The notes under the pieces were generated by a model. That model did not search any database and had not been told where the DNA came from. It saw only the letters and a list, made by a program, of their open reading frames with translations. Of a stretch of DNA of 64,000 bases, positions 48,702-62,339 are shown one piece after another. Made by a program: the position numbers and the translations under genes. Numbering within the stretch: the stretch's first letter is position 1; each line of letters starts with the position of its first letter. Source of the DNA: Amphiscolops sp. MND2022. Its lineage: Eukaryota. Where the stretch lies: positions 66,094,001 to 66,158,000 of the forward strand of contig OZ076409.1 in NCBI GenBank assembly GCA_964187785.1, given 5' to 3'.

Positions 48702-49828
48702 TTTTTAGTCGGCGCTTCATGAAGTGAACCGCGACTATTATAGTGACTTTTTTTCTATCCACTCGAACTGACCAAAATAGTTCTTAAAAGTATTACAAAA
48801 CATTATTGCACAATTTGGCCTAGCGAAGTGAACCAAAAACGTTTTTCCTGCTTTTCCGTGTAACATACCATACCGGGCGAGTCCAAAGGGTCCCTCCCTT
48901 TCAATTTTTTTCGGCACTGCGAGACTTTTTTCGGAAATTTTTTTTCTCCAAAGGGTCCCCCTTCAATTTTTCGATGTTTTGCGACAGAATGGATGTTGAA
49001 AAACCCCAAAGGGTCCCCCTTTCAGTTTTTCGGCATTGTGAGACTTTTTTTTCGAAAATTTTGTCCAATTTTTTTGTCCAAAGAGTCCACTTCAACTGCG
49101 ACAAAAATGTTGACAATTTCGGAAGTGTCCCCCTTTTAGCGCGCCAGGGGCTCGCGCTAGCGGACCCCGGCGCGCCACTCGGTCCATTTTTTTTTTGCTT
49201 TTTCGATTTTCGAGTACAGTAAATTGACACCTGGAAGTCCTTTTGCTATTTTTGAGCCTTGGATATGGCACCAACTTGGGCCGGTCCCGGCTTGTTTCTA
49301 TCCACACGAACTGACCAGAATAGTTCTTGAAAGTTCTACAAAATATTATTGCACCAAATTGCACCATTTAGCCTAGGGAAATGAACCAAAAAGGTTTTTC
49401 CTGTTTTTCCGCGTAAGATACCATACCGGGCGAGAGCAAAGGGTCCCCAATTTCAATTTTATTCGGCACTGCGAGAATTTTTTTTCGGAAAAAAGTTTTT
49501 CCCCAAAGGGTCCCCCCTTCAATTTTTTTTTGGATATCGGAAAATCCCAAAGGGTCCCCCTTTCAATTTTTCGGCATTGTGAGACTTTTTTCGAAAATTT
49601 GTTTTTTCTCCAAAGGGTCCCCCTTTCAACTGCGATAAAAATGCTGACAATTACGGAAAAATCCCCTTTTTAGCGCGCCAGGGGCTCGCGTTAGCGGGCC
49701 CCGGCGCGCCACTCGGTCCATTTTTTTGCTTATTCGATTTTCGAGTACTGTAAATTGACACTTGGAAGTCCTTTTGCTATTTTTGAGCCTTGGATATGGC
49801 GCCAACTTGGGCCGGTCCCGGCTTGTTT
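48702..49828. repeat. Two nested/tandem copies of the dominant dispersed repeat
   Basis: Terminus GAGCCTTGGATATGGC..CCGGTCCCGGCTTGTTT occurs at ~49295 and ~49828; AAAGGGTCCCC subrepeats. Confidence 0.8.
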
Positions 49829-50455
49829 GAACTTTATGTGGACACCACTGCTTGTATCATGTTTCCAATTGTTCTCCGTAACAATTTTCTACATTTTAAA
49901 TTATAATATATCCGATTTCTCATTGATAAAGATAATCAACTACGGAGCAAATTGAGATGAATTTCACCATGCACTAGCTCTGAGAGTCTTTTTAAACATA
50001 CTGTATGTCTTGATTTGAGTTTAAAAGAGATAAAAAAATTGGCAAGATTCCAGCATTTTCAACAGTATTCTTCCAAGAACTTCAGGATACCAGACGCTGG
50101 AAATGCTGTTCTCATTCGTTTACCATTTTCCACCGACGTATAGTGGGGGAGGAAAATCATATTCTGTGTTGCGTTTTTTTTCAAATTCTGCCAAATCTCC
50201 TCCCAGTTCACCTCACCTAGAGTTACTTGACTATTGTTGTTGATTGACTATTTTAGTTACCTAGTAAAATCTAGTTATTATCTTACTTGGTACATTTAAT
50301 TTCACGCTAGAAATTGGACACCAAGGCCTACAAGCAAGGGAAACGGGTTCAAAGGGAAACGCTTGACGCGCCGGGCATCAAATCCAAATCGTTATTAACC
50401 AATCAGGTGCTTTCATTTTATAATACGTTCATGTATACGTATGCGCTAGTTAGTT

Positions 50456-51000
50456 AAACAAGCCGGGAACGGCCCAAGTCGGCGCCATATCTAAGGCTCA
50501 AAAATAACAAAAGGACTTCAAAGTGTCAAGTATTCTCTTCTACAGTACCCGTTTGAGGAAAAATTGAAAAAAAAATTCCGATTTTTTTTTGAAATTTTAA
50601 AAAAATTTTGGTCTCCCGTAAGTCGCATAGTGCCGAAACATGTAAAATGGGGCCCTTTGCAAGTTTTTTAACATCCATTCTTTTGCAAAATAGACAAAAA
50701 AAATGAAGGGTGGACCCTTTGGAGATATTTGCGAAAAAAGTCTCACAAAGCCGAAAAAAATTTGCACAAAAAAATTTTGGTCATGGCGGGACTCGAACCC
50801 ATGTCATTCTGCTTGTCAGACCTCGAAAAAGCCGTAGTGGACAGGTGGCAGTGAAGTAGCGTGACACAGTTTAGTGTTAGTGTCGTTTTAGTACCAACTT
50901 ATAAAATTTATAAAATCTGTCAGTTCGTTGGTCTTTAAAAAAAAAAAAGAAGTCACTACTATAGTCTGCGTTTTTCTTCGAAAAGCGCCGACTAATAAAA
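50456..51000. repeat. Copy of the dominant dispersed repeat
   Basis: AAACAAGCCGGGAACGGCCCAAGTCGGCGCC ... AAAGCGCCGACTAATAAA. Confidence 0.8.
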
Positions 51001-51008
51001 ACCGAGTA

Positions 51009-51389
51009 CGGTGCAACTTCAATTCGTCGAACATTCAAATCGTCGAAAAATGCAAAGCTATTCAATGCGTCGAAAGAATTCCATTTCAGCGATTATTTTC
51101 ATTTGGTTATATTTTGTGGCGAATAACATATTTGTTGTATGGCTCGGTCGCTTCGCTCCCTTCGCCAAGTAGCAACAATGAGGCATGGCCATATGGCACG
51201 TCGCTCCGCTTCGCTTCGCTCCTGCATTTAGGGCACTAGGGGTATGTGAACATATCTGACTACGTTATCGTAATTTTGAATGCTCGAATTTGATTGGCCG
51301 AAATCAATTCATTCCATTACGTCATACCATGGTCGCTAAATTATTACGTGTTCGACGAATTGAATGTTCGACGAATTGAACAGTCCCCG
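51009..51389. mobile_element. MITE with TTCGTCGAA/TTCGACGAA inverted ends
   Basis: TTCAATTCGTCGAACATTCA ... TGAATGTTCGACGAATTGAA; flanked by direct CCGAGTA(CG), 7-9 bp. Confidence 0.75.
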
Positions 51390-51716
51390 CCGAGTACGGC
51401 GTGAGTGCTTAATAGCTTAAAACAACAACTGGTAATGGTAGTTAACCGGTTACTGCTTTATTCTTATAGTATTAGAATGCTGCTACTATGGTGTAATACA
51501 CTTTTCAATTAAAGTGTAGCCCGAACAAGGCCAAATGCCACTCAAATCACGGACAGCCAAGACAGCCGGCAGATGCGTTGCGTTTTTAACGGAAAAATCC
51601 CCGGTGCTTAGCGGGAGTCTTGTTGTTTTTTTATCTTTGTTTCGGAAAAGAGTAAAGATAATTGGAACAAAAAAAGACTCTTTTATGGTGTATTTTAACG
51701 ACGTTATGAAACTTTA

Positions 51717-52364
51717 CCCAGTGTAAAATATCTTGAATTTCTTACCAAAAATCTTGCAAATTCCTGAAACCCTTGGTAAGAATCTTGGCAAGATTTTTAC
51801 CAAGAGCGCCAAGAATATGTACGATCTTGCCAAGAACTTCAAGAAAAATGCCTAATTTTTTCGACTAAAAAAACGCACAAAAAGGATCTTAGTACAAATA
51901 ATCTTTCAGGAAAAACCAAGAATCTTGCCAAGAAATCCGGGAAAAACCAAGAATAGGCGGGCAAAAAGCAAGAGAGTAATGGAAGATCATCAATGAAAAT
52001 GCATGAAAAGGCCTTAACTTTCTTTTATTTTGATAAAAGTAATGCTCTTAAGCACCACTAAAATAGAGATTTCATCTTTGTTATTTTTCCATATTTCCGC
52101 ATATTTATTATAAACAAAATTCGTTTCATACGAACGCTCCTGATTGGTGTTTGATGAAATGTATAAATTATCACAGACTTGCTAAATACAGTTTTCACCT
52201 CCCGGATTTCTTGACAGGAATCTTGGCAAGATTCTTGTCAAGAATTTCAAGATTTTTTAACGGTCCAAGATAATTCAAGATCTTATCAAGGGTTTCAAGA
52301 GGTAACGGGAGTTTGCGGGAAAATCCAAGATCTTGGCAAGAGTTTCAAGATATTTTACACTGGG
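51717..52364. mobile_element. Non-autonomous CACTA/EnSpm-like element
   Basis: TA|CCCAGTGTAAAATATCTTGAA ... TTCAAGATATTTTACACTGGG|TA; CAAGA/TCTTG-rich subterminal repeats. Confidence 0.75.
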
Positions 52365-53258
52365 TACCGACGAGCCCCCTCTTCAACATGGGCAATTGTA
52401 CTATCAGCTTTTATCATTTCACCCTGAGGCTTGGATACACACAACGTGTCGTTCTGTTTTCGTAAATCAAGACTGTGTTTTAAAAGTTTTTAAAAAATTC
52501 TGACGCATTTCTGAAAGTTTATCCCAGTTGTTTAATCAAATTATTAAAATTATAAAAATTCTTTCAGTGATGTCCGTTATGTTGCTTCTAATTAAATTCT
52601 TCTTGAGTAAAAGACGAGTAGTCTGTAATAAAAACTAGTCAAAAGTTCCAGATTTTTTTGTGATTTGTCTTGAAATTGTTCATTCAGGGGAAACAAATTT
52701 ACCATGCCTTTGTTGAAATTTCGTTCGAAAGATTTTGCGGAACAATTCTGCGAGCGTTTTGCAAGCTGACTTATTGTATTTTCAGCTTTAAAAAATTTAA
52801 TGAATTGCACTTTTGGACTGTTTTCCTCTCAGAAACCAATTTGTATAAATTCGCTTACATTTGTGCAGCCATCGTGGTGGAAGAATATGCCCCGCTATCG
52901 CCGCCTCGCAGTAAGTATGTTGATTGTTAAGCATACTCGCGGTAAGCATTGACGTTAGTGTTTCTCTGATTTCGATTTGCTCTTTTCTTGTCCGGGTTCC
53001 CATACATGAACAAATTGATCATGCCCTGCCACAGAAATTCGTGAAATCCAGTGCTGATCTTTGAACACCTTATTTTGCATGGGTAGATTATACAGCATGA
53101 ACATGTGCAGCCGTTCTATGATCAGCATTCCAAGAACGGTCGTTCATCTTTATGCTACCCGCCTGACAAGAGACACAAGATTACGACAAAGCAGTCGATT
53201 GACACACGACTCACAGCAAGAACTCTGCAGAGATGTTCAATCTATCAGAAATTGGTTC

Positions 53259-54909
53259 CCCAGTGTAAAAACTCCTGGAACTCTTGATAAGAATCTTGGA
53301 TATTCTTGGATTTCTTGGTAAGAATCTTGCCAAGACTCTTACCAAGAAATCCAAGAATTTGCAAGATCTTGCAAGATCGTGCCAAGAAATTCAAGAAATC
53401 CCAAGACTCTTACCAAAAATCCAAGAATTTGCAAGATCTTGCAAGATCGTGCCAAGAAATTCAAGAAATCCCAAGACTCTTACCAAGAAATCCAAGAATT
53501 TGCAAGATCTTGCAAGATCGTGCCAAGAAATTCAAGAAATCCCAAGACTCTTACCCTAGTTGAGACTGCAGGAACTTTTTACATGCTGCAGGCCTGCATG
53601 CAGGGTAATTGTTTATAAAACCTAGAAAATTCAGGGTAATTCAGGTGGTAAATCTTGTAAAATTACACTGCATTTTCCACTACTGCAATTAAATTTGAAA
53701 ATAGATACAACATCATCACCGACACGACCTTATTGTATTTACAATTTGCTTTCTCAACTACTCATCTGATGTGATCACCGCGTCTCAAATAGGACGCTAA
53801 ACATGACGGTATATTGCAGTTTATTAGGTGACTGAAGTAATTTTGCATTAAAGTGGCTGTTAAACTGAGAGCAATTTATTTGCTTTTAAAATTAGAACTG
53901 CTTCTTCATGAAACCTGCAAAACTTCAAGGCGTAAAATTGCCGCCAAAACTTTGATGAATCTTTCAAGCAGCTTGATAAAAGTCGAATTCAACAGGTAAA
54001 TATTTTCGCATGAAAGTTTCCGTAAGAGTTTTAGAAAATCATGATAAAAGTTGCTGGCAACATTAAAGTACATGCAAAAAGTTCAAGAAGTTTCAACAAG
54101 GGTTAGCAAGAAAACCAAGAATTTGCGAGATCTTGCAAGATCGTGCCAAGAAATTCAAGAAATCCCAAGATTCTTATCAAGAGTTTCAAGAGAAACCAAG
54201 AATAGGCAAGAAAATGCAAGAGAATTCAAGATCCCCGTTTAGAATCTCAGTCATCATAAAACCTTCAGAAGTCTCGGTAAATGAGCTAAAAATTATCAAA
54301 AATAACCAGCATTATGAAATTAGGATCTAAAAATTACAAATTTAGACCCAAATCTGATCACGAAAGATCGAAAAATGCAGCTGAAGTTGGAAAATCATTC
54401 AATTTTGCTCTCATAACTGCAAATTAAGATCTGAATTAAGCAAAATCATGATCTAAAAGGATTGAATACAAGATCCAATTGGTATGTATCAAGGATCTAA
54501 AAGTTACATGTTCCAAACCCAAAATTGATCATATCAGGTTGAAATTTCGCAGAATTGGTAATTGCAGACAATTGGTCTCTGAAATTGGCCGTAAATTTAC
54601 CCAGAAAAAGGTTTTACAGAGAAAATTTTACAGATTTTTCCATAACATGGCCAAAAATTACTGTAAACAGGCCTAATTCAACAATTTGTGAGATCGCACT
54701 GAATTTTGAAATAATCGAAATTTTCACCTCCCGGATTTTTTGATAAGAATCTTGGCATTCGTGGAGAATCTTCGTGGAGATTTTCACGAAATTCAAGATT
54801 TTTTGGAAGAAGTAAGACTTTCCAAGATCTTCAAGAAATTCAAGAGGTAGCAGGATTTTGTAGGAAAATCCAAGATCTTGGTAAGAAATCCAAGAGTTTT
54901 TACACTGGG
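53259..54909. mobile_element. Related CCCAGTGTAAAA-TIR element with ~70-bp internal tandem repeats and a nested MITE
   Basis: TIRs CCCAGTGTAAAAACTC / GAGTTTTTACACTGGG; ~70-bp unit repeated 53330-53553 and resuming after 54102. Confidence 0.75.
53554..54101. mobile_element. MITE (CCCTAGTTGAGACT termini), copy 1
   Basis: CCCTAGTTGAGACT ... AGTTTCAACAAGGG with TTA on both sides; inverted homologue at 55900-56464; related fragments near 14493 and 16754. Confidence 0.8.
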
Positions 54910-55445
54910 GCGACGTAAATAAATTAACATTCAATACCAATAAATGTGAAACAATAAACTTCCGGAATGCCCTGCCTGTAAATCATATTGCTTTTGGAAG
55001 CAAAACTCCTTCGAAGTTCACATGAAAATACTTGGTGTTTTATTGGATTAAAAATTGACACCAAGTTAAATGGCACCTTGAATACGTTACTGAATAAATG
55101 AGTTAATTTTGTGGTCTAATGTACAAAATTAGAAGCAAATTCCCTAGGAGATTGAGATGTCTTTTGATGTTTTACGACTCTTATGCAAAACCAGTAATCA
55201 GTTACAGCCTTTTGTGCAACCTCGAAAACAACACTACAACCAATTAAAAACGCCCAGCGGAGAATTTTAGGCGCAATTTTCTACCGAATGCTCGTTGCAA
55301 TCCATACTTTCTAGACAAAACTTGTTTTCTTCTGTTCATTAGTAATACATCTCTGAAATAATTATTGAATTGACTAGACAGCTCCAGGGAAAATAACCAT
55401 CAACTTTGTCCAATTACTTCCTACCTTAAGAAATTAACACAAGAA

Positions 55446-55899
55446 GAATAGAATAGAATAGAATAGAATAGAATAGAATAGAATAGAATAGAATAGAATA
55501 GAATAGAATAGAATAGAATAGAATAGAATAGAATAGAATAGAATAGAATAGAATAGAATAGAATAGAATAGAATAGAATAGAATTGAATAGAATAGAATA
55601 GAATAGAATAGAATAGAATAGAATAGAATAGAATAGAATAGAATAGAATAGAATAGAATAGAATAGAATAGAATAGAATAGAATAGAATAGAATAGAATA
55701 GAATAGAATAGAATAGAATAGAATAGAATAGAATAGAATAGAATAGAATAGAATAGAATAGAATAGAATAGAATAGAATAGAATAGAATAGAATAGAATA
55801 GAATAGAATAGAATAGAATAGAATAGAATAGAATAGAATAGAATAGAATAGAATAGAATAGAATAGAATAGAATAGAATAGAATAGAATAGAATAGAAT
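55446..55899. repeat. (GAATA)n microsatellite
   Basis: About 90 near-perfect pentamers. Confidence 0.99.
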
Positions 55900-56464
55900 C
55901 CCTAGTTGAGACTTCTTGAACTTTTTGTATGTACTTTGATGTTGCCAGCAACTTTTATTATGATTTTCTAAAACTCTTACGGAAACTTTCATGCGAAAAT
56001 ATTTACCTGTTGTATTCGACTTTTATCAAGCTGCTTGAAAGATTCATCAAAGTTTTGGCGGCAATTTTAGGCCTTGAAGTTTTGCAGATTTCACTAAGCA
56101 GCAGCTATCATTTTGAAAACAAATAAACTGTTATAAATTTTACCGCTAATTTGATGCAAAATAACTACAGTCGCCTACTAAACTGCAAATTAGCGTCATC
56201 TTTAGCGTGCTATTTGAGAAGCGGTGATCACATCAGATAGAGTAAATACTCAAAAATAGTAGAGTAAACAATGTGTGAATACAAAGTGATCGTCTCTGTA
56301 AGGTAGTGGAATTTATTTTCAAATTTAATTGCAGTAGTGGAAAATGCAGTGTAATTCTACAAGATTAACCACCTGAAGTACCACTGAATTTTCTAGGTTT
56401 TATAAAAAATTACACTGCATGCAGGCCTGCAGCATATAAAAAGTTCCTGCAGTTTCAACTAGTG
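55900..56464. mobile_element. MITE (CCCTAGTTGAGACT termini), copy 2, embedded in (GAATA)n
   Basis: Reverse-orientation homologue of 53554-54101. Confidence 0.8.
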
Positions 56465-57263
56465 ATAGAATAGAATAGAATAGAATAGAATAGAATAGAA
56501 TAGAATAGAATAGAATAGAATAGAATAGAATAGAATAGAATAGAATAGAATAGAATAGAATAGAATAGAATAGAACAGAATAGAATAGAATAGAATAGAA
56601 TAGAATAGAATAGAATAGAATAGAATAGAATAGAATAGAATAGAATAGAATAGAATAGAATAGAATAGAATAGAATAAAATAGAATAGAATAGAATAGAA
56701 TAGAATAGAATAGAATAGAATAGAATAGAATAGAATAGAATAGAATAGAATAGAATAGAATAGAATAGAATAGAATAGAATAGAATAGAATAGAATAGAA
56801 TAGAATAGAATAGAATAGAATAGAATAGAATAGAATAGAATAGAATAGAATAGAATAGAATAGAATAGAATAGAATAGAATAGAATAGAATAGAATAGAA
56901 TAGAATAGAATAGAATAGAATAGAATAGAATAGAATAGAATAGAATAGAATAGAATAGAATAGAATAGAATAGAATAGAATAGAATAGAATAGAATAGAA
57001 TAGAATAGAATAGAATAGAATAGAATAGAATAGAATAGAATAGAATAGAATAGAATAGAATAGAATAGAATAGAATAGAATAGAATAGAATAGAATAGAA
57101 TAGAATAGAATAGAATAGAATAGAATAGAATAGAATAGAATAGAATAGAATAGAATAGAATAGAATAGAATAGAATAGAATAGAATAGAATAGAATAGAA
57201 TAGAATAGAATAGAATAGAATAGAATAGAATAGAATAGAATAGAATAGAATAGAATAGAATAG
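56465..57263. repeat. (GAATA)n microsatellite
   Basis: About 160 near-perfect pentamers. Confidence 0.99.
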
Positions 57264-58099
57264 GGTCAAATTCTTGTTTACAGTCAAATGTTTACAGTAT
57301 AACAAGAATAAAACAATGACCTTTAGGAGTTTCGATTTTAAAAATGTATTATTTCTTGAAAGGAGACACTTTGTTTCCGGAACATGCTTTTCTTGAGAGC
57401 ATGTTCGTTCTCAAGAGGGGTTTAGACGATCCGCAGGCTCATTTCTGGTCCCTTCTGGTGCGGCCGTATTATTGAAGTTTCACTTTATAACACCTTATAA
57501 ATTAATTTACCTTAACCTTAACCAATGAGCCAGTTTCACCAGAAAACTGAAAACAATCACACAATCATTTTTGGCATCAATTGAAGCGCAGATAGAAAAT
57601 GACTGTATAGAAAAAAACCGTCATTGCTGAGAGAAAGCTTAGTTGAGCCGTTTCATGTAGCTTTTGTCGAGCTTGGGTCAAAACGGTATATGATACCGCG
57701 CTGTCTGCTCTATGGGTCATATAGTATTTCTGGTTGATCATTTTGAGATCATGTGAGAAATATTAATATTGCTTGATTTGTATGGCCAAAGTATAATCAG
57801 TCTTATCGTATCCCTCGTATAATATCTTGTCAACTGTTCTCATTCTACGTTTGCGCTTTATTATTTGCTGACTGGCCCGTAGTCTGTCCGTAAATTTCTT
57901 TTTTTTTTCTATTGTCATCAATGTTAATATTGTTTGAATTACTGAAACTTCGAAGTTCCGAACCTTGGATACTTGGAAATACCTATTTCTAAGCACCGAA
58001 GGCCACGCATAAATTAATACTGCATTACATGCAAAAGTAGTGTCTTTGGACAAAAACGTGAGTGTCTTCCTATAGCTATTTTTTGATAGCTATTGTTAT

Positions 58100-60145
58100 A
58101 TTCTGTTCATTCCGGTTCCTAACCTCTACCGATGTTGTAACTGTATAGCACAAGAATTTTCTGTTGAGCAAAACTGTATTTTGTTACTCATCAATTGCTA
58201 CTGTGTAATTTCCTGGTCGTTCAATCTTTTGACGGTAGTTCCTGTAAGCAGATGGTACTGGATTATTTAGTCTAATAATCGGGTTACTTTTCGTTGAGCG
58301 TTTTGATCTACGTAGGTTGTGTTCTTTCGTATCTTGTTCTATTTCAGTATTTGAGCTGGGATTACTTAATAGTTTCAGCTGAGAGTCTGAGTTTTCGTCA
58401 TCTATGTTTATTTTTTCTCTATCGTCTTATTCTCCTCTGTTAGGGATTTTGTAATTATTTTGAGTTACCTTACCGTTATTGTCTCTGATGTGTAATTCTG
58501 TGTTTGCCCTTCTGGCATCTTTAATGACACGGTCTACTTCCACATCCGTCATGTTTACCGCTTTTATGGTCAGCGATCCAGTGTTTTGTTGTTGGTCCGT
58601 TTGTGATAGTGACCCCGGGTGAGCCCGAGTTTTGTCGGTCCCGGATCAATTTCGGACGCCCTCTCCCCAGAGCTCTACGTCTTTGTGGAGTAGTAGCTCT
58701 TTTGCCATAGTCTGGTGGGGTTGCAGGTGATGCATCTCCAGGGTCGCTGTCTGAATCTGGGATGCTGATTTTTCCTTTTTTGTGGTAATTTCCGCGGGGC
58801 TCACAAAGCAATTCTCCTCAATGTTTTCAGCTTTTTCGATGTGTCTCTGGTTTCCGAATTTTTTAATTTCTTCTTCGACTGCGGGTTGTAAGTGAATTGA
58901 TATAGGTCTACCATATTGTTGTATCAATTTTGCCCTTTAATTAGCAGGATGTCCACTTCTACGTTTTTTAATATGTGATTTTTTGTTTGTAAATAGTCGG
59001 AACTTACTCTTCAGTGTTGCTATTCCTCGATCCGGTCCACAACTGGTTTGGTCGGTTTGTTTATGTGATTGACTGTTTGTTGTTTTCGTTTCGTTTTTAA
59101 CCTGAGGCCCAGTTTTCTCATCCAGTCTAGCCCGAAAAGATGTGTTTGCTTGGTTGTTATTAGCAGCTCCAGTTGTTCCTTTATACCGTCCACTTGGATG
59201 TTTGCTGTCGCTTTACCTTCGATTATTACTTTATTGTTTACGTCTCGACAATCTTCAGTTACTGGTTTAATTGATGAATTGTCGAGTTTTGTACTCGGTA
59301 TCAGTGTTACCGGTGAGGTTTGTCAACAAGGAATTTTTTTGGTCGAATTTTGACCAAAAGTGTTTTGATAAGGAACGGTGGCCCGTTCTTATTTGTAGAT
59401 CCCATTGAGTTGTATTGGATGGAGTGTGTTGTAACCGGCGCCCAGTCGTCCTCGTCTGCACTGTAAGTTTCTTCATCTGCTATGTGGTTTATTTTCCCTG
59501 TTGATATGCCGCATTTTGCATATTTTTTCCCTCTTGCGGGATATTCGTGCTGTTTGGACCAGTTGGGTGCCCCACATCTATTGCAGTCCAGTCTTCTTGC
59601 CTTTGAATATCGCTTAGTTTTTTATTTATTATCCTTTAGTTTTCTGTTTTTCGGCGTTCCGGGTTTTTTTTGTCCTCGGTTTAGGGAGATTCATTTAGAT
59701 TCATTTTCTTATACTTGTACTCATAAAGTGCTTCCGTGATTGCTTCTACCAACACATCACTTTTTCGAATATTCTCTTTTAAATTGTAGTCTCCTGTGGA
59801 CTTTCCTTTGAGTGATAGAAATTTTGAGGCTAAAAGTTCAGCTGCTGGTATGGTTTCAAATTCTCAGATTTTCTCAACCTCTGAAAATCTTTTTTCGTAC
59901 ATCTGCAGCTGTTTCGTTTGTTCTCTTCTCAAATCGAAGAAATTGGCTCGGCTGTGCTGTCCGTTCCTTTCTGATGTGAAATGTAGCTGGAAAAGAGTAT
60001 GTAGTTTTTATAACGGTAGAGCACTGGTTCCGGTTCTCTCGCCGTTTTTTTCGAGTTTGTCATAGTTGACAAGTCGACGTCTTTTGACATCTTGATGTAT
60101 TGGACATATTTCCGCCACCATAGATTCGCATCGGAGCTGCCATAT
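58100..60145 (-). pseudogene. Strongly deleted Gypsy gag-pol relic
   Basis: Fragments CNRCGAPNW..H (knuckle), FGLDWM (protease end), GRPISIHLQPAVEEEI..FVSPAEIT (RT start), then integrase-tail-like sequence; no LTR pair seen. Confidence 0.7.
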
Positions 60146-60637
60146 TTTTGTCGGCGCTTTTCTAGTGAAAAGTGCCCGACACTTACAGTGACTAGTTTTT
60201 TTTCTTTATTTTTTTCGTCAGACTACAATGTCACTCTGATTGGGCCACTTTTCTTTTAATCGAAACTACTAAAACTACTAGCATAAGGCCAAGTCCGGTC
60301 AGCGGAAATTAGTGCAAAAGGGTCCCCCCTTTCATATTTTACTATTTTACCGTAGCCTACAAAACCGGGCGAGACTAAAGGGTCCCCCTTTCAATTTTTT
60401 TCGGCATTGTTCGACTTTTTTCAAAAATTTTTAAATGTATCAAAAGAGTCCCCCTTTCGAGTTTTTTGATATTTTGCAACAAAATATATGTTGATAAAGT
60501 CAAAGGGTCCCCCCTTTACATTTTTCGGTACTATGAGACATTTTCTGAAAGAAAAAATATTCAAAAATTAAAAAAAAAATTTTAGCGCTTTTTGAGCCTT
60601 AGATATAGCTCCGACTTTAGACGTTCCCGTCTTGTTT
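60145..60637. repeat. Copy of the dominant dispersed repeat
   Basis: TTTTGTCGGCGC ... GAGCCTTAGATATAGCTCCGACTTTAGACGTTCCCGTCTTGTTT. Confidence 0.8.
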
Positions 60638-62111
60638 AACCTGGATATGGTCAATGTTTTGTCGTTTCATTGGGTATCAACTGGCTGCTTGTAGATTGAT
60701 CCTGCTGTCCTCCCGTCTGTGGAGAGGTGTAGTTGGTGTCTTCCATTCTTTGCTGTTTTTTAATATGGATAACTGTTTGTTCATTTCGCTGTTTTTGTCA
60801 GTTAATTTGACACTGACTGTGCCATGTTGTAACTGTATAGTACAAGAATTCAGTGCTAAGCAAAACAGTATTTTGTATCTCATTAATTGCCAATGTCTAA
60901 ATTTTACATCATAAGCATAATAAAATAGTAGCAGGTACTTGAGACTAATTAGTAAATAGGAAAGGATAATAGTGTCTCATGATAGTTTGTTCTGTAGCTA
61001 GACTTCAACCGAGTTTCGTTTCACAAACTGTCTAGATGTCTAGAAACCTGATGTTGTTGACAAACAAACTCAATATACATATGAAATTTGATACTACATT
61101 ACATACATTACAGTATCTACAGTACAGTCGTACAAACTAGAGATATCATTTTAAACCCAATTCTTTTCTCTTAGTTGTTACTTTGACTAGAATAGAACAA
61201 CTACAAGCTGAATTTTCCCGATGCAAATCTTCCGGCTTTGCCGGCAAGTCAGATTTCCAAAATGGAATGTTTGGAATGCAAATAAAAATGTTTTCTAGTG
61301 GAATCTTAACTAGATTAAAACTCGTTTGTCTAAGGGTGTGAATGTTCGTTCTGTTTCTATAATTGGGTCAACAAAAACAAGTGAAAGAAAAACTTTCGCT
61401 AAAACCACCAGGAAGCAAACCACTTTCGAATGAACTGAAAAGCATGATTGTTTTTTTTTCACGTGACCTGAATTATCTTCGTTTATTATTTATACATTAT
61501 TTCGTAATCACTGTAGATAAATCTATTGTTTTTCTCCGGGATTGTTCCTCCTTTTTTAAATATTCCTGATTTTACTGCCGGATACCTTTTGAGTGTGAAA
61601 GAAGCCTCCAGGATTTTTTTCTCAGCACTACGAGGTTCTTCTGATTTTCGTTAAAAACAGTTGCTGCGTTTGAATTTGAATGATGAATCAACCAAGAATC
61701 AAAAGGGGCACTTTTACTTTGCTTACTTGAGGTTAACTACTCAGAACAAAATAAATTGTATCGAAACATCAGTGATTTGTAATTGTAATTCTTTATTTTG
61801 AACAATATAAAATAATGAAAAACTTTAAAAAAACCTGTTTTTCTTGGAAATCAATATTTTGCAAATACCAACAGAAAAATTGGTAATCCTGTTGGAAAAT
61901 GAAAAAGAAAGTTATTTCGAAAGGATTTTGCAACAAGGTTAGCAATTTGTCCCTTCCATTAGATAAACAAATTAAAATAATTTATGGAAAAACAAGTTTT
62001 TGATAATTTATTGTTTATTGAGTTTTGAAATCAAGAATAGTACAAAAATAACAATAGTTACTGAGATATTTTTGGAATTGAATTTTGGAGATGTGACAGT
62101 TTTGGTTTTAG

Positions 62112-62339
62112 GTGACTTTCTTAGATCCCCTTGCCAAACGCGTGGCGCCTTACTTTGAGATCAAGAGCTACAAGATAGATCTGGGCAAGATAGCCAAGAG
62201 CGTGCCAACCTGTGACTCATCTGGTACCAACGTGGAGCAACAGGAGACGTGTGTGTTAGGAATTAAGAAAATGTACAAGAGACCCAAACCGGGAGTCAGC
62301 ACTTGCAAACTGCACCAACAGGACCTTGAAACGGTTGAC
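62112..62339 (+). CDS. VPS10/sortilin-family gene, exon 10 (start of 10CC module)
   Basis: TTTTAG|VTFL..KIDLGKIAKSVPTC..TCVLGIKKMYKRPKPGVSTC..|GTTAGT; matches the 10CC pattern C..CxLGxKxxYxRxKxxxxC. The gene must continue beyond the window. Confidence 0.9.

Noticed and set aside
50780..50825. tRNA gene (B-box GGTTCGAGTCCC on the minus strand)
   Set aside because: Only a T-arm-like fragment inside a dispersed repeat; no cloverleaf.
53330..53553. CRISPR-like array / repeat-encoded ORFs
   Set aside because: Tandem ~70-bp units without unique spacers, inside a eukaryotic TIR element; no cas genes.
55421..57305. Long ORFs encoding (ILFYS)n
   Set aside because: Artefacts of the stop-free strand of the (GAATA)n microsatellite.
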